NCBI GenBank assembly: GCA_023248155.1
Contig: JAHFFE010000005.1
Location: forward strand, 29,057-93,056
Length of the DNA stretch: 64,000 bases
Origin: Candidatus Omnitrophota bacterium
GTDB lineage: Bacteria; Omnitrophota; Gorgyraeia; 1-14-0-20-64-10
Reading direction: 5' to 3'
The notes beneath the pieces were generated by a model. That model was not told the origin of the DNA and ran no database searches. It was given only the letters and a program-made list of their open reading frames with translations. Positions 56,461-64,000 of the stretch are shown in pieces. Positions within the stretch are counted from its first letter, which is position 1. Each line of letters opens with the position of its first letter. The position numbers and the translations under genes are program-made.

Positions 56461-56841
56461 ATATTTTACGCTTCCGTTTTATCGAGACAGTCCGGGAGCG
56501 GGTCCGTGAACGCGCTCGAAATCGACTACCGATTTCTCGCTCCGGTTTCGGCCTTACCGAAAACCCCGCTGAAACGGCCTCAACAGGGTTCACGCGACCC
56601 ATCTCCCGAACTGCCTCTTACCGATTTTTGCGTGAGCGATTCCGTGCAGGATAAGGCTGAGCAGGCACTGGAAACCCTGAGCGGGCATGGTTCTCCGCCA
56701 ACGGCGGAGAGAGCGAAGGGTTGACCGTAGTGCAGCGAGACTCGCAGGGGCGAGCAAGCGGCCTGCGAACGCCTTGCCTGACGGAAGCGTGAACGCAGAG
56801 AGGCAACACCCCTTTGCGGCTCTCGAATAACCGGCTCTAGC

Positions 56842-57849
56842 TTAGGTTGATTGTGAAGGAATGAAGGGGAGCGGGGTGATTTTGGCGAGTGCCATGCCGG
56901 AGGCTGTCTGCACCATGCAATCCGAAATGTCCGCTCCATATTGTAAAAATCCCAGCGCGATCCCTTTTTGCAACGTCGGTGAGTAAGCGCTCGAGGTAAT
57001 TACACCGACCTGCTGAGAATTTGATAGAACCGGCGTTGAAACCACCGGCAGATCGGTTCCTTCCACCGTAAACCCGGCCAGTACTCGCGGCGGGTGAGCC
57101 CGGTATTTAATCCGCGCGACGATTTCCTGCCCGACATAACATCCTTTTGTGAAACTGACCATTTCTTCGGAGCCTAGTTCGTTCAGGATTGTTTGCGCGG
57201 TGATTTCTCGTCCGGGCCAGGGCACTCCGGCCTCAATTCGAAGCGCGTCGAATAATGAGAATTTTTCGGGAGTTGCTCCTGTTTTCTTGAGTAATTTGTC
57301 GGATCCATTGGCTGACATATAAAGATGCAGTCCCGGAAGCCCAAGAATATCCCAGCGCATCGCAAAAATAACGTCGGATCCCTCTGGAACATTCTTGCAG
57401 TGCAGCAGCGATGCGCCCGGCCAATCGAGGAATGGACATAGTTTTCTGGCTTGTGTCAGGCTGTCGGCGCCGTGAATGGCGGCCAGGCAGTAATCGTGGG
57501 AGGCGTCGCGGATTTCCACCGCTTCTGAAATCAGGTACTGTTCCAGCGCTAGTTTGGCCGGAACAGTGCTTTCGGGGGTGAGTTCCAGCAGCAATTCTTC
57601 GGGCCGCGCATGAACGATCGCGTAAAAAATAATTTTTCCCTGACGATCCAGCAGGCATGCCGGTTTCGCTTGTCCGGCTGGGAGCCCTTTGATATCATGG
57701 GTCAACAATCGGTGCAGAAAAATTACGCGGTCTTTCCCTTGAATGGAAAGAAAACCGCGTGGAAAAGGCACCCAGAGTCCCATAAAAAAATTATACCATT
57801 TTATCGGAGCCGCATTGGTCGACCTTAAACGGATTGAACGGATTGGCAC
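56842..57849 (-). CDS. ygfZ: YgfZ/GcvT-like folate-binding Fe-S cluster repair protein
   Basis: It has the 'KGCYVGQEIVARIKYR' YgfZ signature. The true start is probably the internal Met ('MGLWVPF', ending near 57783). Confidence 0.7.
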   Translation of the reverse strand: MPIRSIRLRSTNAAPIKWYNFFMGLWVPFPRGFLSIQGKDRVIFLHRLLTHDIKGLPAGQAKPACLLDRQGKIIFYAIVHARPEELLLELTPESTVPAKLALEQYLISEAVEIRDASHDYCLAAIHGADSLTQARKLCPFLDWPGASLLHCKNVPEGSDVIFAMRWDILGLPGLHLYMSANGSDKLLKKTGATPEKFSLFDALRIEAGVPWPGREITAQTILNELGSEEMVSFTKGCYVGQEIVARIKYRAHPPRVLAGFTVEGTDLPVVSTPVLSNSQQVGVITSSAYSPTLQKGIALGFLQYGADISDCMVQTASGMALAKITPLPFIPSQST

Positions 57850-58114
57850 CGACGCTTTGCGCGTCCACTGGGCCGATGGGCACGAAAGTTTGTATACCTG
57901 GTCCGTCTTGCGCGCGGCTTGTCCCTGTGCGATGTGCCGGGATTTGAAGGAAAAACCGCCGCCGGCGCTTCCTCTGGAGATCCAGCCGGTAGGCCGCTAT
58001 GCGGTGGCGATCCGCTGGGATGACGGTCATGCGACCGGTATTTTTTCGTTCGACTATTTGCGTTCTTTGTGTGCTTGTGAAGCCTGCCGTCCAACAGAAA
58101 TGGATGAGGGGTAG
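57743..58114 (+). CDS. DUF971-family small protein (gamma-butyrobetaine hydroxylase-like N-terminal domain)
   Basis: It has 'LRVHWADGHESLYTWSVLRAACPCAMC' and a second CxxC ('CACEAC'). The start is ambiguous, with ATG at 57743 or TTG at 57815; the ATG choice overlaps the divergent ygfZ-like gene. Confidence 0.55.
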   Translation: MERKPRGKGTQSPIKKLYHFIGAALVDLKRIERIGTDALRVHWADGHESLYTWSVLRAACPCAMCRDLKEKPPPALPLEIQPVGRYAVAIRWDDGHATGIFSFDYLRSLCACEACRPTEMDEG

Positions 58115-58123
58115 GATAATTTC

Positions 58124-59071
58124 ATGTTCATGACTGCGATGTGGGGTGGGCATCCATTGATCCAATGGATCGGTTTTAGCGTTTTGGTGATGGCCATGCT
58201 GGCCATCGACCTCGGGTTCTTTCACAAAAAAGCCCATGCCGAATCGTTGAAAGAGGCCGGACTCTGGAGCCTCGTTTGGATTTCCACGGCGTTGGTATTC
58301 AACGCCTGGGTATTCCATTCGTTCGGCCATCAGAAGGGGATGGAGTTTCTGGCCGGCTACCTGATTGAGAAAGCGCTCAGCGTCGATAACCTGTTTGTAT
58401 TCATCGCGATCTTTTCTTTTTTTGCGGTAGAACCGCGCTATCAGCATCGTGTTTTGTTCTGGGGAATTCTGGGGGCGCTGGCGCTCAGGGCTGTTTTTAT
58501 ATTCGCCGGACTGGCGCTGATCGAGCGGTTTCAATGGATTTCGTATCTGCTGGGACTGCTATTGATTTATTCCGGCGTTAAATTTCTGAAAGAGGAAAAC
58601 GAAGGCGAGATGCAGGCCGATGAAAGCGCGCTGGTTAAACTATTTCGCAAGTTCATTCCGATGACGGCCGATTATCGCGGCCAATCTTTTTTCGTGCATG
58701 AAAAAGGCCGTTTTTTGGCGACGCCTCTCTTATTGGTTCTGGTGGTGGTGGAGTTTACGGACGTGGTCTTTGCTCTGGATTCGGTTCCGGCCGTAATGGC
58801 TGTTTCCAGGGACCCGTTCGTGGTCTATACCTCAAACGTATTCGCGATCCTGGGCTTGCGTGCTTTGTATTTCGTGCTGGCGGGGATTATGCCGATGTTC
58901 GTTTATTTAAAGCAGGCGCTCTGCGCGATTCTGGTGTTCGTCGGTATTAAAATGATCGTCCATCATTATTGGAATATCCCGATCAGCCTGTCGCTTGGCT
59001 TTATCGCTTCCTGCCTGATTCTGGCGATTGGTTTGTCGATGCTGCACAATAACCGCAAGGCCTCTCTGTAA
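58124..59071 (+). CDS. TerC-family integral membrane protein
   Basis: 315 aa with about 7-9 TM helices. 'KALSVDNLFVFIAIF' and 'FALDSVPAV' are TerC-like motifs. Confidence 0.7.
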   Translation: MFMTAMWGGHPLIQWIGFSVLVMAMLAIDLGFFHKKAHAESLKEAGLWSLVWISTALVFNAWVFHSFGHQKGMEFLAGYLIEKALSVDNLFVFIAIFSFFAVEPRYQHRVLFWGILGALALRAVFIFAGLALIERFQWISYLLGLLLIYSGVKFLKEENEGEMQADESALVKLFRKFIPMTADYRGQSFFVHEKGRFLATPLLLVLVVVEFTDVVFALDSVPAVMAVSRDPFVVYTSNVFAILGLRALYFVLAGIMPMFVYLKQALCAILVFVGIKMIVHHYWNIPISLSLGFIASCLILAIGLSMLHNNRKASL

Positions 59072-59143
59072 TTAAGAGATAAATTCAGTTAATTTTAAAA
59101 CATATATCCTGATTTTGCTGTATACTTCAGTGAACCTTAAAAA

Positions 59144-61549
59144 TTGATGCGTTCACTCAAATTCCAATTTTTAAACCATCCTCTCTTAAGGGGAATAGCG
59201 TTGATTTTAGCGCTTTCCCTGGTTTTTTCTGCGCCTGCTTTTGCGTTGCGCCCAACGGGTCTTGAAGAATCAAAGTCAAAGATTGAGCTTCAGAATGCCT
59301 TACTCAATTCTTCTGGTTTGGAGGAAAATGGCTCTACTCGTAGGGAATGGATAGGGAAATTGGGCATAACCGGTTTGGTAGCACTTGTTTTTATATGGAC
59401 AGGGGTCCTCAGTTTTCGTGACATGGTTGGGAGAGATACTCTTCCCAACCCACAATTTGTTATTTCACCGCATCAACAAATAGGCCCTTTACCGGTTATA
59501 CAACCGTCTCCGAAGGATCTCTTGCGATTGAGTGACACGCTGGCGCAACAATTGGCAGAGGATCCCGGATTCTTCGGTTGGTTTGCGGGAGTCTCTGATC
59601 AGGAAGCGGCTCAGACTCAACAGGATATGGCTTTTTATATCCGGTATCTGGAGTACCGCAATCAATGGTTGTTGCAGCATCTGGCGCGTACTCAAGGGAT
59701 AAAACTTTCGGAAGAGGACCAAAAAGAGCCGATTGATCCGCATTATGCCGACTATTATAGGGATCAGATTTCCTCAGATCCCAATCGGTTGGAGCGTTTT
59801 AAAAGAACCCGTTCTGAAATATATCTGGACATTGCCGCACAACCTTTTCCGGATGCGATTGATTTTGAGGGAAAGATTGGTCTGGATGAAAGAGCGTTTC
59901 CGAGAAGTACTCTTCGGCTTTTAAATAAATTAATGGAACACAAAGAGCGGTATCTCTCTCTCGAAAAGAAACTGGCGACTGTCCCATCGGATCAGAAATT
60001 ATCCGTTGTTTTAAGCCGCCTGCCTGTTCTGTTTCGAATGGTGCAGGAGGGAGCTATTTCGACAGAGACGGCAACTGCCGAATTGAAAACCGCGCTCGGC
60101 TTGGTCGGAGCAGATAGGCTCTCTTCTTATTTTAGCGCGCTGATCGACTGGACTGCGTTGAGCCGCACAGAAAGAGACCCCAAAAAGATTCGGCCTGTTT
60201 TGAAAGAGTTGGCAGAATTGTTGCGGGCCGATAATTTCTTTCTGGATCCTTATCTGATAGCCCGTCCGCAGGACGAGGATCCTTATTGGGACAGTTTGGT
60301 TTTCAAGATAGTTCATGTAGGAAAAATCGGGGAGAAAGAGGTCCACTTCCTTCAGCGAATTCGCGGCGGATTATCGCGCGGACAAAAAATAACCCAGGCA
60401 GGGTACCATCATTATGCCTTGGGCGATCAGAAAGAGATATCGGTTGTTCTTATGGATCAACTGTGGGATACCGCCCAGCTTGTCAAAAGTGGAATTGATG
60501 ACGGGTCTTATGCCATCGTCGATTGGTCCGATTTTGCAAAAAGTCAGCGTCTTCAGACCGGCATTGCAAGAACGCTTCGCCAATTTGTACAGCAGGCTGA
60601 GTTGCCTTCCGATAGGCCATCTCTTTGGCGTCTGGCAGTTTATAATTCAGCGCTACATGAGCATACGCATGCTTTAGGGAATTCGAGCGAATATTGGACC
60701 AATTTGGTGGAGCTTGCCGTGGGGCATTCGGGAATGCAGATGCCGCACCTTCATAGCCAGATATACGACTCTGATGTGCCGCCGCATTACAAAAAGGCTT
60801 CAAATCAAATACTCGATGGTTTAAAAGATTGGAGAATTAATCCGTTGGAGGTTGACAGCGTTTCCCAACTGCGCGGTGGGGCGGGGGCTTTGTTGCGCCG
60901 AGAGGGTAGAAATCTTTTCGATTATTTTTCATTGCCGGCTGTTCAAGAAGATCTGAAACAGTTGAGAGAGGATCTCGAAAAAATTCCTCCGCCGAGAGAG
61001 TCGTTGTTGAACAACCTGGTTCAGGCCATATCCCCAAAGAAATCGGGTGCCGGACTGGAAGAGTTTTTCTTGGAAAGCGCTGTCGCGTGGCCGGAAGTCC
61101 GAAGTGGTCTTCTGCGGAAAGGATGGGTGGCCGTTCCAGGCGGATATCTTGTCGAAACCCGCCAGATTTCTTCTCAAGAGCCGTTGATTATGCAAACTGG
61201 TTTAGAGGAGCCCGGGGGCCTTCCTGCGAGCGTACCGGTTATCCGGACTAATGAAACGACAGTTGATGGGATGCTTATGTTCCTTCTGGAGCAGTCTGGA
61301 CAAAATAATTTCAATGTGGTTTTTTCAACGGCTTATTTCGATCTCGCGCAGGCAAGAACTGCCGTTCCATCCAGCGGGCTTAGACCCGGCTCTGTTCTTG
61401 TCAGGCCTGGATTGGCAATTCAGGCAAATCAGTTAGGGGCCGCGCTGATCATTTCGAAGGAAGTAGGAACGATTTATATAGTTCAGATGACAGAATTTAC
61501 CTCTCCCGATTGGGATGCGCCGCTGCTCTATATCCAGGCGCAGGTTTAG
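59144..61549 (+). CDS. Secreted/membrane-anchored 801-aa protein with an HEXXH zincin-like motif and four [ST]G(A)GLEE motifs. Function unknown.
   Basis: The signal peptide is 'LILALSLVFSAPAFA', and a TM segment 'LGITGLVALVFIWTGVLSF' follows. 'ALHEHTHALGN' carries the HExxH motif. The GLEE motifs are 'PTGLEES', 'SSGLEEN', 'GAGLEEF' and 'QTGLEEP'. Confidence 0.7.
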   Translation: MMRSLKFQFLNHPLLRGIALILALSLVFSAPAFALRPTGLEESKSKIELQNALLNSSGLEENGSTRREWIGKLGITGLVALVFIWTGVLSFRDMVGRDTLPNPQFVISPHQQIGPLPVIQPSPKDLLRLSDTLAQQLAEDPGFFGWFAGVSDQEAAQTQQDMAFYIRYLEYRNQWLLQHLARTQGIKLSEEDQKEPIDPHYADYYRDQISSDPNRLERFKRTRSEIYLDIAAQPFPDAIDFEGKIGLDERAFPRSTLRLLNKLMEHKERYLSLEKKLATVPSDQKLSVVLSRLPVLFRMVQEGAISTETATAELKTALGLVGADRLSSYFSALIDWTALSRTERDPKKIRPVLKELAELLRADNFFLDPYLIARPQDEDPYWDSLVFKIVHVGKIGEKEVHFLQRIRGGLSRGQKITQAGYHHYALGDQKEISVVLMDQLWDTAQLVKSGIDDGSYAIVDWSDFAKSQRLQTGIARTLRQFVQQAELPSDRPSLWRLAVYNSALHEHTHALGNSSEYWTNLVELAVGHSGMQMPHLHSQIYDSDVPPHYKKASNQILDGLKDWRINPLEVDSVSQLRGGAGALLRREGRNLFDYFSLPAVQEDLKQLREDLEKIPPPRESLLNNLVQAISPKKSGAGLEEFFLESAVAWPEVRSGLLRKGWVAVPGGYLVETRQISSQEPLIMQTGLEEPGGLPASVPVIRTNETTVDGMLMFLLEQSGQNNFNVVFSTAYFDLAQARTAVPSSGLRPGSVLVRPGLAIQANQLGAALIISKEVGTIYIVQMTEFTSPDWDAPLLYIQAQV

Positions 61550-61791
61550 CGGATAAGCTTGTTGATCTGGCGGGCTAGCGCGAAATCTTTTTGCGTGAGT
61601 CCGCCGGCGGAGTGGGTCGTGAGCGTCAAGCGGACCTTCTTGTAGCGGATGTCGATGTCGGGGTGATGATCGGCCTTTTCTGCAAGCCGTGCCACTTGAT
61701 TCACGAACCGGATGGCCGCAGGAAAACCGCCAAACTCAAACTGCTGTTTGATTTTTCCGTTCTTTCGATCCCACCCGGCAACTTTCTGCAT
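61546..61791 (-). CDS. phhB: Pterin-4-alpha-carbinolamine dehydratase
   Basis: It has the 'EKADHHPDI' PCD/DCoH signature. It is 81 aa. Confidence 0.8.
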   Translation of the reverse strand: MQKVAGWDRKNGKIKQQFEFGGFPAAIRFVNQVARLAEKADHHPDIDIRYKKVRLTLTTHSAGGLTQKDFALARQINKLIR

Positions 61792-63263
61792 TAGTATTTC
61801 GCCATGCCCGGCTCGATATCATCGGCCCAGGCATCAATTCCGCCGTGCAGTGATTTGATTTTCTTGAAGCCGGCCGAACGCAGCAGTTCCAGCGCCCGCA
61901 TACTGCGCATGCCGTGGTGGCAATGCAGCACAATTTCATCGGCCGAATCCAATTCGCCCATTCGCTGCGCGAACTGGCCCAGCGGCATCAATTTGGCGCC
62001 GCCAATGCTGCAGATATCAAACTCGTGCGGCTCCCGCACATCAATCAATTTCAGTGCCTTGTTGGAGTCCATTCGCTGCTTGAGTTCTTTGGCTGTGATT
62101 TCCCATGACTGATTTTCCTGCTCGGCAGCCGCCTCGCCTCCGCGCGTGATGCCGCAGAACTGTTCGTAATCGATCAATTTCGTGATCGTCGGATTCGGTC
62201 CGCAGAGCGGGCAGGTCGGGTTCTTGCGCAGTTTCAATTCGCGGAACTTCATCTTCATCGCGTTGAACAGCAGCAGGCGTCCGATCAGCGGTTCGCCGTT
62301 GCCCAGAATAATTTTAATCGCTTCGGTTGCCTGGATCGTTCCGACAATTCCCGGCAGTATGCCCAACACGCCGCCTTCGGCGCAGGAGGGAACCAAACCC
62401 GGGGGCGGCGGTTCCGGATAAAGGCAGCGGTAGCAGGGGCCTTTCTTGGCATCAAATACGGAGGCCTGCCCCTCGAACCGGAAAATAGATCCATACACAT
62501 TCGGTTTGCCCAGCAGCACGCAAGCGTCATTAACAAGGTAACGGGTTGGAAAGTTGTCGGTTCCGTCGATCACGATGTCGTAATCCTTGATAATATCCAT
62601 CGCGTTTTCCGAGGAAAGCCGGGCTTCATGCGTTTCGATCGTGATGTAGGGATTGATTGCCTGCAGGCGCGCTTTGGCCGCCGCGATTTTCGGCTTGCCG
62701 ACATCTTCAGTGGTGTAGAGTACCTGCCGTTGCAGGTTCGTAAAATCAACCACATCAAAATCCACCAGCCCGATTTTTCCGACACCGGCCGAAGTCAGGT
62801 AAAGGCCGAGCGGGCTTCCCAGTCCGCCGGTTCCGATCAACAAGACGGAGGCGGCTTTAATTTTCTTTTGTCCCTGTACGCCGACTTCCGGCATGATTAA
62901 GTGGCGGCTGTACCGTTTTACTTCATCGTTTGAGAGTGTGACCGAATCGGCGGCCCCAGGTTCCAGCGATCCGCCGGCGATTGAGGGAACGATCGTCAGC
63001 GCATCTTTTTCGGAGACCGGCGTTTGCAGGCCCTGGCGCGTCCGGATGTCGTCATCGTTGATGAACAGGTTCACGAAAGAGCGCAGCTGCCCATCGGCCG
63101 CGTAGAGGTGCTGTTTTAATTCGGGATATTGTCCGACCAGCTGATCAAGCACTTCCTTGACCGTTGCGCCCGATAGCTTCAGCGTTTCCTGCTGTCCGAC
63201 GAACCGCTGCAGCGCCGTTGGAATATAAACCGGAATGAGATTAGAGCTTCCAGAATTCTTCAT
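61791..63263 (-). CDS. Fusion protein with an N-terminal ThiS/MoaD-like ubiquitin-fold sulfur carrier (ending in an internal Gly-Gly), a ThiF/MoeB/MoeZ-type E1 adenylyltransferase and a C-terminal rhodanese domain
   Basis: The N-terminal ~95 aa end 'IVPSIAGG' before a linker. The E1 domain has the Rossmann loop 'LLIGTGGLGSPLGLYL' and 'CYRC...CPLC' zinc tetrad. The rhodanese active-site loop is 'CHHGMRS'. Confidence 0.75.
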   Translation of the reverse strand: MKNSGSSNLIPVYIPTALQRFVGQQETLKLSGATVKEVLDQLVGQYPELKQHLYAADGQLRSFVNLFINDDDIRTRQGLQTPVSEKDALTIVPSIAGGSLEPGAADSVTLSNDEVKRYSRHLIMPEVGVQGQKKIKAASVLLIGTGGLGSPLGLYLTSAGVGKIGLVDFDVVDFTNLQRQVLYTTEDVGKPKIAAAKARLQAINPYITIETHEARLSSENAMDIIKDYDIVIDGTDNFPTRYLVNDACVLLGKPNVYGSIFRFEGQASVFDAKKGPCYRCLYPEPPPPGLVPSCAEGGVLGILPGIVGTIQATEAIKIILGNGEPLIGRLLLFNAMKMKFRELKLRKNPTCPLCGPNPTITKLIDYEQFCGITRGGEAAAEQENQSWEITAKELKQRMDSNKALKLIDVREPHEFDICSIGGAKLMPLGQFAQRMGELDSADEIVLHCHHGMRSMRALELLRSAGFKKIKSLHGGIDAWADDIEPGMAKY

Positions 63264-64000
63264 CGAGATAACGAGAGCCTCCGTCGGGAAATATCATGAC
63301 AATGACGCCATGGTTGATTTTTGAAGCAAGCGAAAGTCCGGCGGCCATTGCCGCTCCGGATGAGATGCCGACCAAAATGCCTTCCTCCGATGCCAGCCGC
63401 TTGACCATCCGGTAGGCATCCTCGGTCTGAATTTCCAAATTGATGTCCGCGAATTTTGGGTCATAGATGCCCGGAACGATCGAGGTCTCCATATGCTTGA
63501 GACCTTCCAGCCCGTGGAACGGGGAATCGGGCTGAAACGCGACGATCTGAACGGCCGGGTTCTTTTCTTTCAGAAACCGGCCGGTGCCCATCATCGTTCC
63601 GCTGGTGCCCAGCCCGGAAATAAAATGGGTGACCTGTCCGTCGGTCTGCTTCCAGATTTCAGGACCGGTCGTCGCGTAATGCGCCTGCCAGTTGGCATCG
63701 TTGCCGTACTGATCCGGATAAAAATAAAGAGAGGGGTTTTCTTTGTGCAACCGGCGCGCTTCACGAATCGCTCCATCGGAACTTTCCAGCGGACTGGTTA
63801 AAACGATTTCGGCTCCAAACGCCTTAATGGTCCGGTGCACTTCGGGACTGGCATTGGACGGAATGCAGAGTTTGACTTTATAGCCCTTGGCGGCGCCGAT
63901 CATCGCGTAGGCGATGCCGGTGTTTCCGGAACTGGCGTCGAGCAGCGTCATGCCCGGTTTGAGCAGTCCGTGCTTTTCAGCATCGGCGATAATGTTCGCC
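63241..64000 (-). CDS. Cysteine synthase / O-phosphoserine sulfhydrylase (CysM/CysK-like), partial; the gene continues beyond the window end
   Basis: 'SSGNTGIAYAMIGAAKGYK' is the PLP-binding region of the tryptophan-synthase beta fold. The gene is translationally coupled, with a 23-nt overlap, to the downstream ThiS-E1 fusion. Confidence 0.7.
   Translation of the reverse strand, partial: ANIIADAEKHGLLKPGMTLLDASSGNTGIAYAMIGAAKGYKVKLCIPSNASPEVHRTIKAFGAEIVLTSPLESSDGAIREARRLHKENPSLYFYPDQYGNDANWQAHYATTGPEIWKQTDGQVTHFISGLGTSGTMMGTGRFLKEKNPAVQIVAFQPDSPFHGLEGLKHMETSIVPGIYDPKFADINLEIQTEDAYRMVKRLASEEGILVGISSGAAMAAGLSLASKINHGVIVMIFPDGGSRYLDEEFWKL

Noticed and set aside
56460-56842. A 380-bp convergent intergenic region between the EndoIII-like and ygfZ-like genes, with small ORFs (56506-56724, 56580-56939) and weak hairpins.
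   Set aside because: The hairpins are imperfect and lack T-tails, the ORFs are low-complexity with no motifs, and no tRNA-like cloverleaf was evident.
59100-59143. A sigma-70 promoter ('TATACT' at 59123) for the 801-aa gene.
   Set aside because: There is no convincing -35 element. The hexamer is only ~16 nt from the ATG with no Shine-Dalgarno, so it is too uncertain to annotate.

Overview
This 64-kb window looks like a chromosomal segment from a Gram-negative, hopanoid-producing bacterium. GC content is roughly 55-60%, and no tRNA, rRNA, CRISPR array, transposase or integrase was recognised.

1. Positions 23-7879 hold the 3' 7.9 kb of a giant gene of at least 2618 codons that is probably cut by the window edge. 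In order it has a histidine-kinase-type GHKL ATPase domain, a P-loop uridine-kinase-like domain, three tandem wHTH-like repeats and a class-I SAM-methyltransferase-like domain. The protein is punctuated nine times by a short [A/S/T]-G-[Q/L]-E-E motif.

2. Positions 7.9-22.9 kb are an isoprenoid/hopanoid biosynthesis cluster (polyprenyl synthase, dxs, shc, hpnH, hpnA, an hpnG-like gene, an hpnL-like membrane protein, ispH). Embedded in it are atypical genes: a split TPP-dependent phosphono/sulfopyruvate-decarboxylase-like pair, a class-V aminotransferase, a small Rieske protein, a short prenyltransferase-repeat protein, and a fused cytidylyltransferase/CDP-alcohol phosphatidyltransferase.

3. 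Positions 23.2-32.7 kb are a complete type II secretion operon (gspE, F, G, minor pseudopilins, K, L, M, a C/PilP-like gene, D). Its secretin carries a C-terminal TonB_C-like domain.

4. Positions 32.8-54.8 kb hold four tandem paralogous giant secreted subtilisin (S8) proteases of 1314-2160 aa. They carry FG-GAP/beta-propeller domains and long arrays of cadherin-like or fibronectin-III domains, and the first three are each preceded by a conserved upstream DNA cassette.

5. Downstream come lexA with a palindromic operator-like promoter, a stand-alone AsnC-type RAM-domain protein, an EndoIII-like glycosylase, a YgfZ-like protein, a DUF971 protein and a TerC-family protein. An 801-aa signal-peptide protein follows; it carries an HEXXH motif and four copies of the same GLEE motif seen in the giant gene. 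On the minus strand there is a pterin-4a-carbinolamine dehydratase, a fused ThiS/MoaD-like-E1-rhodanese protein, and a cysM-like gene running off the window end.
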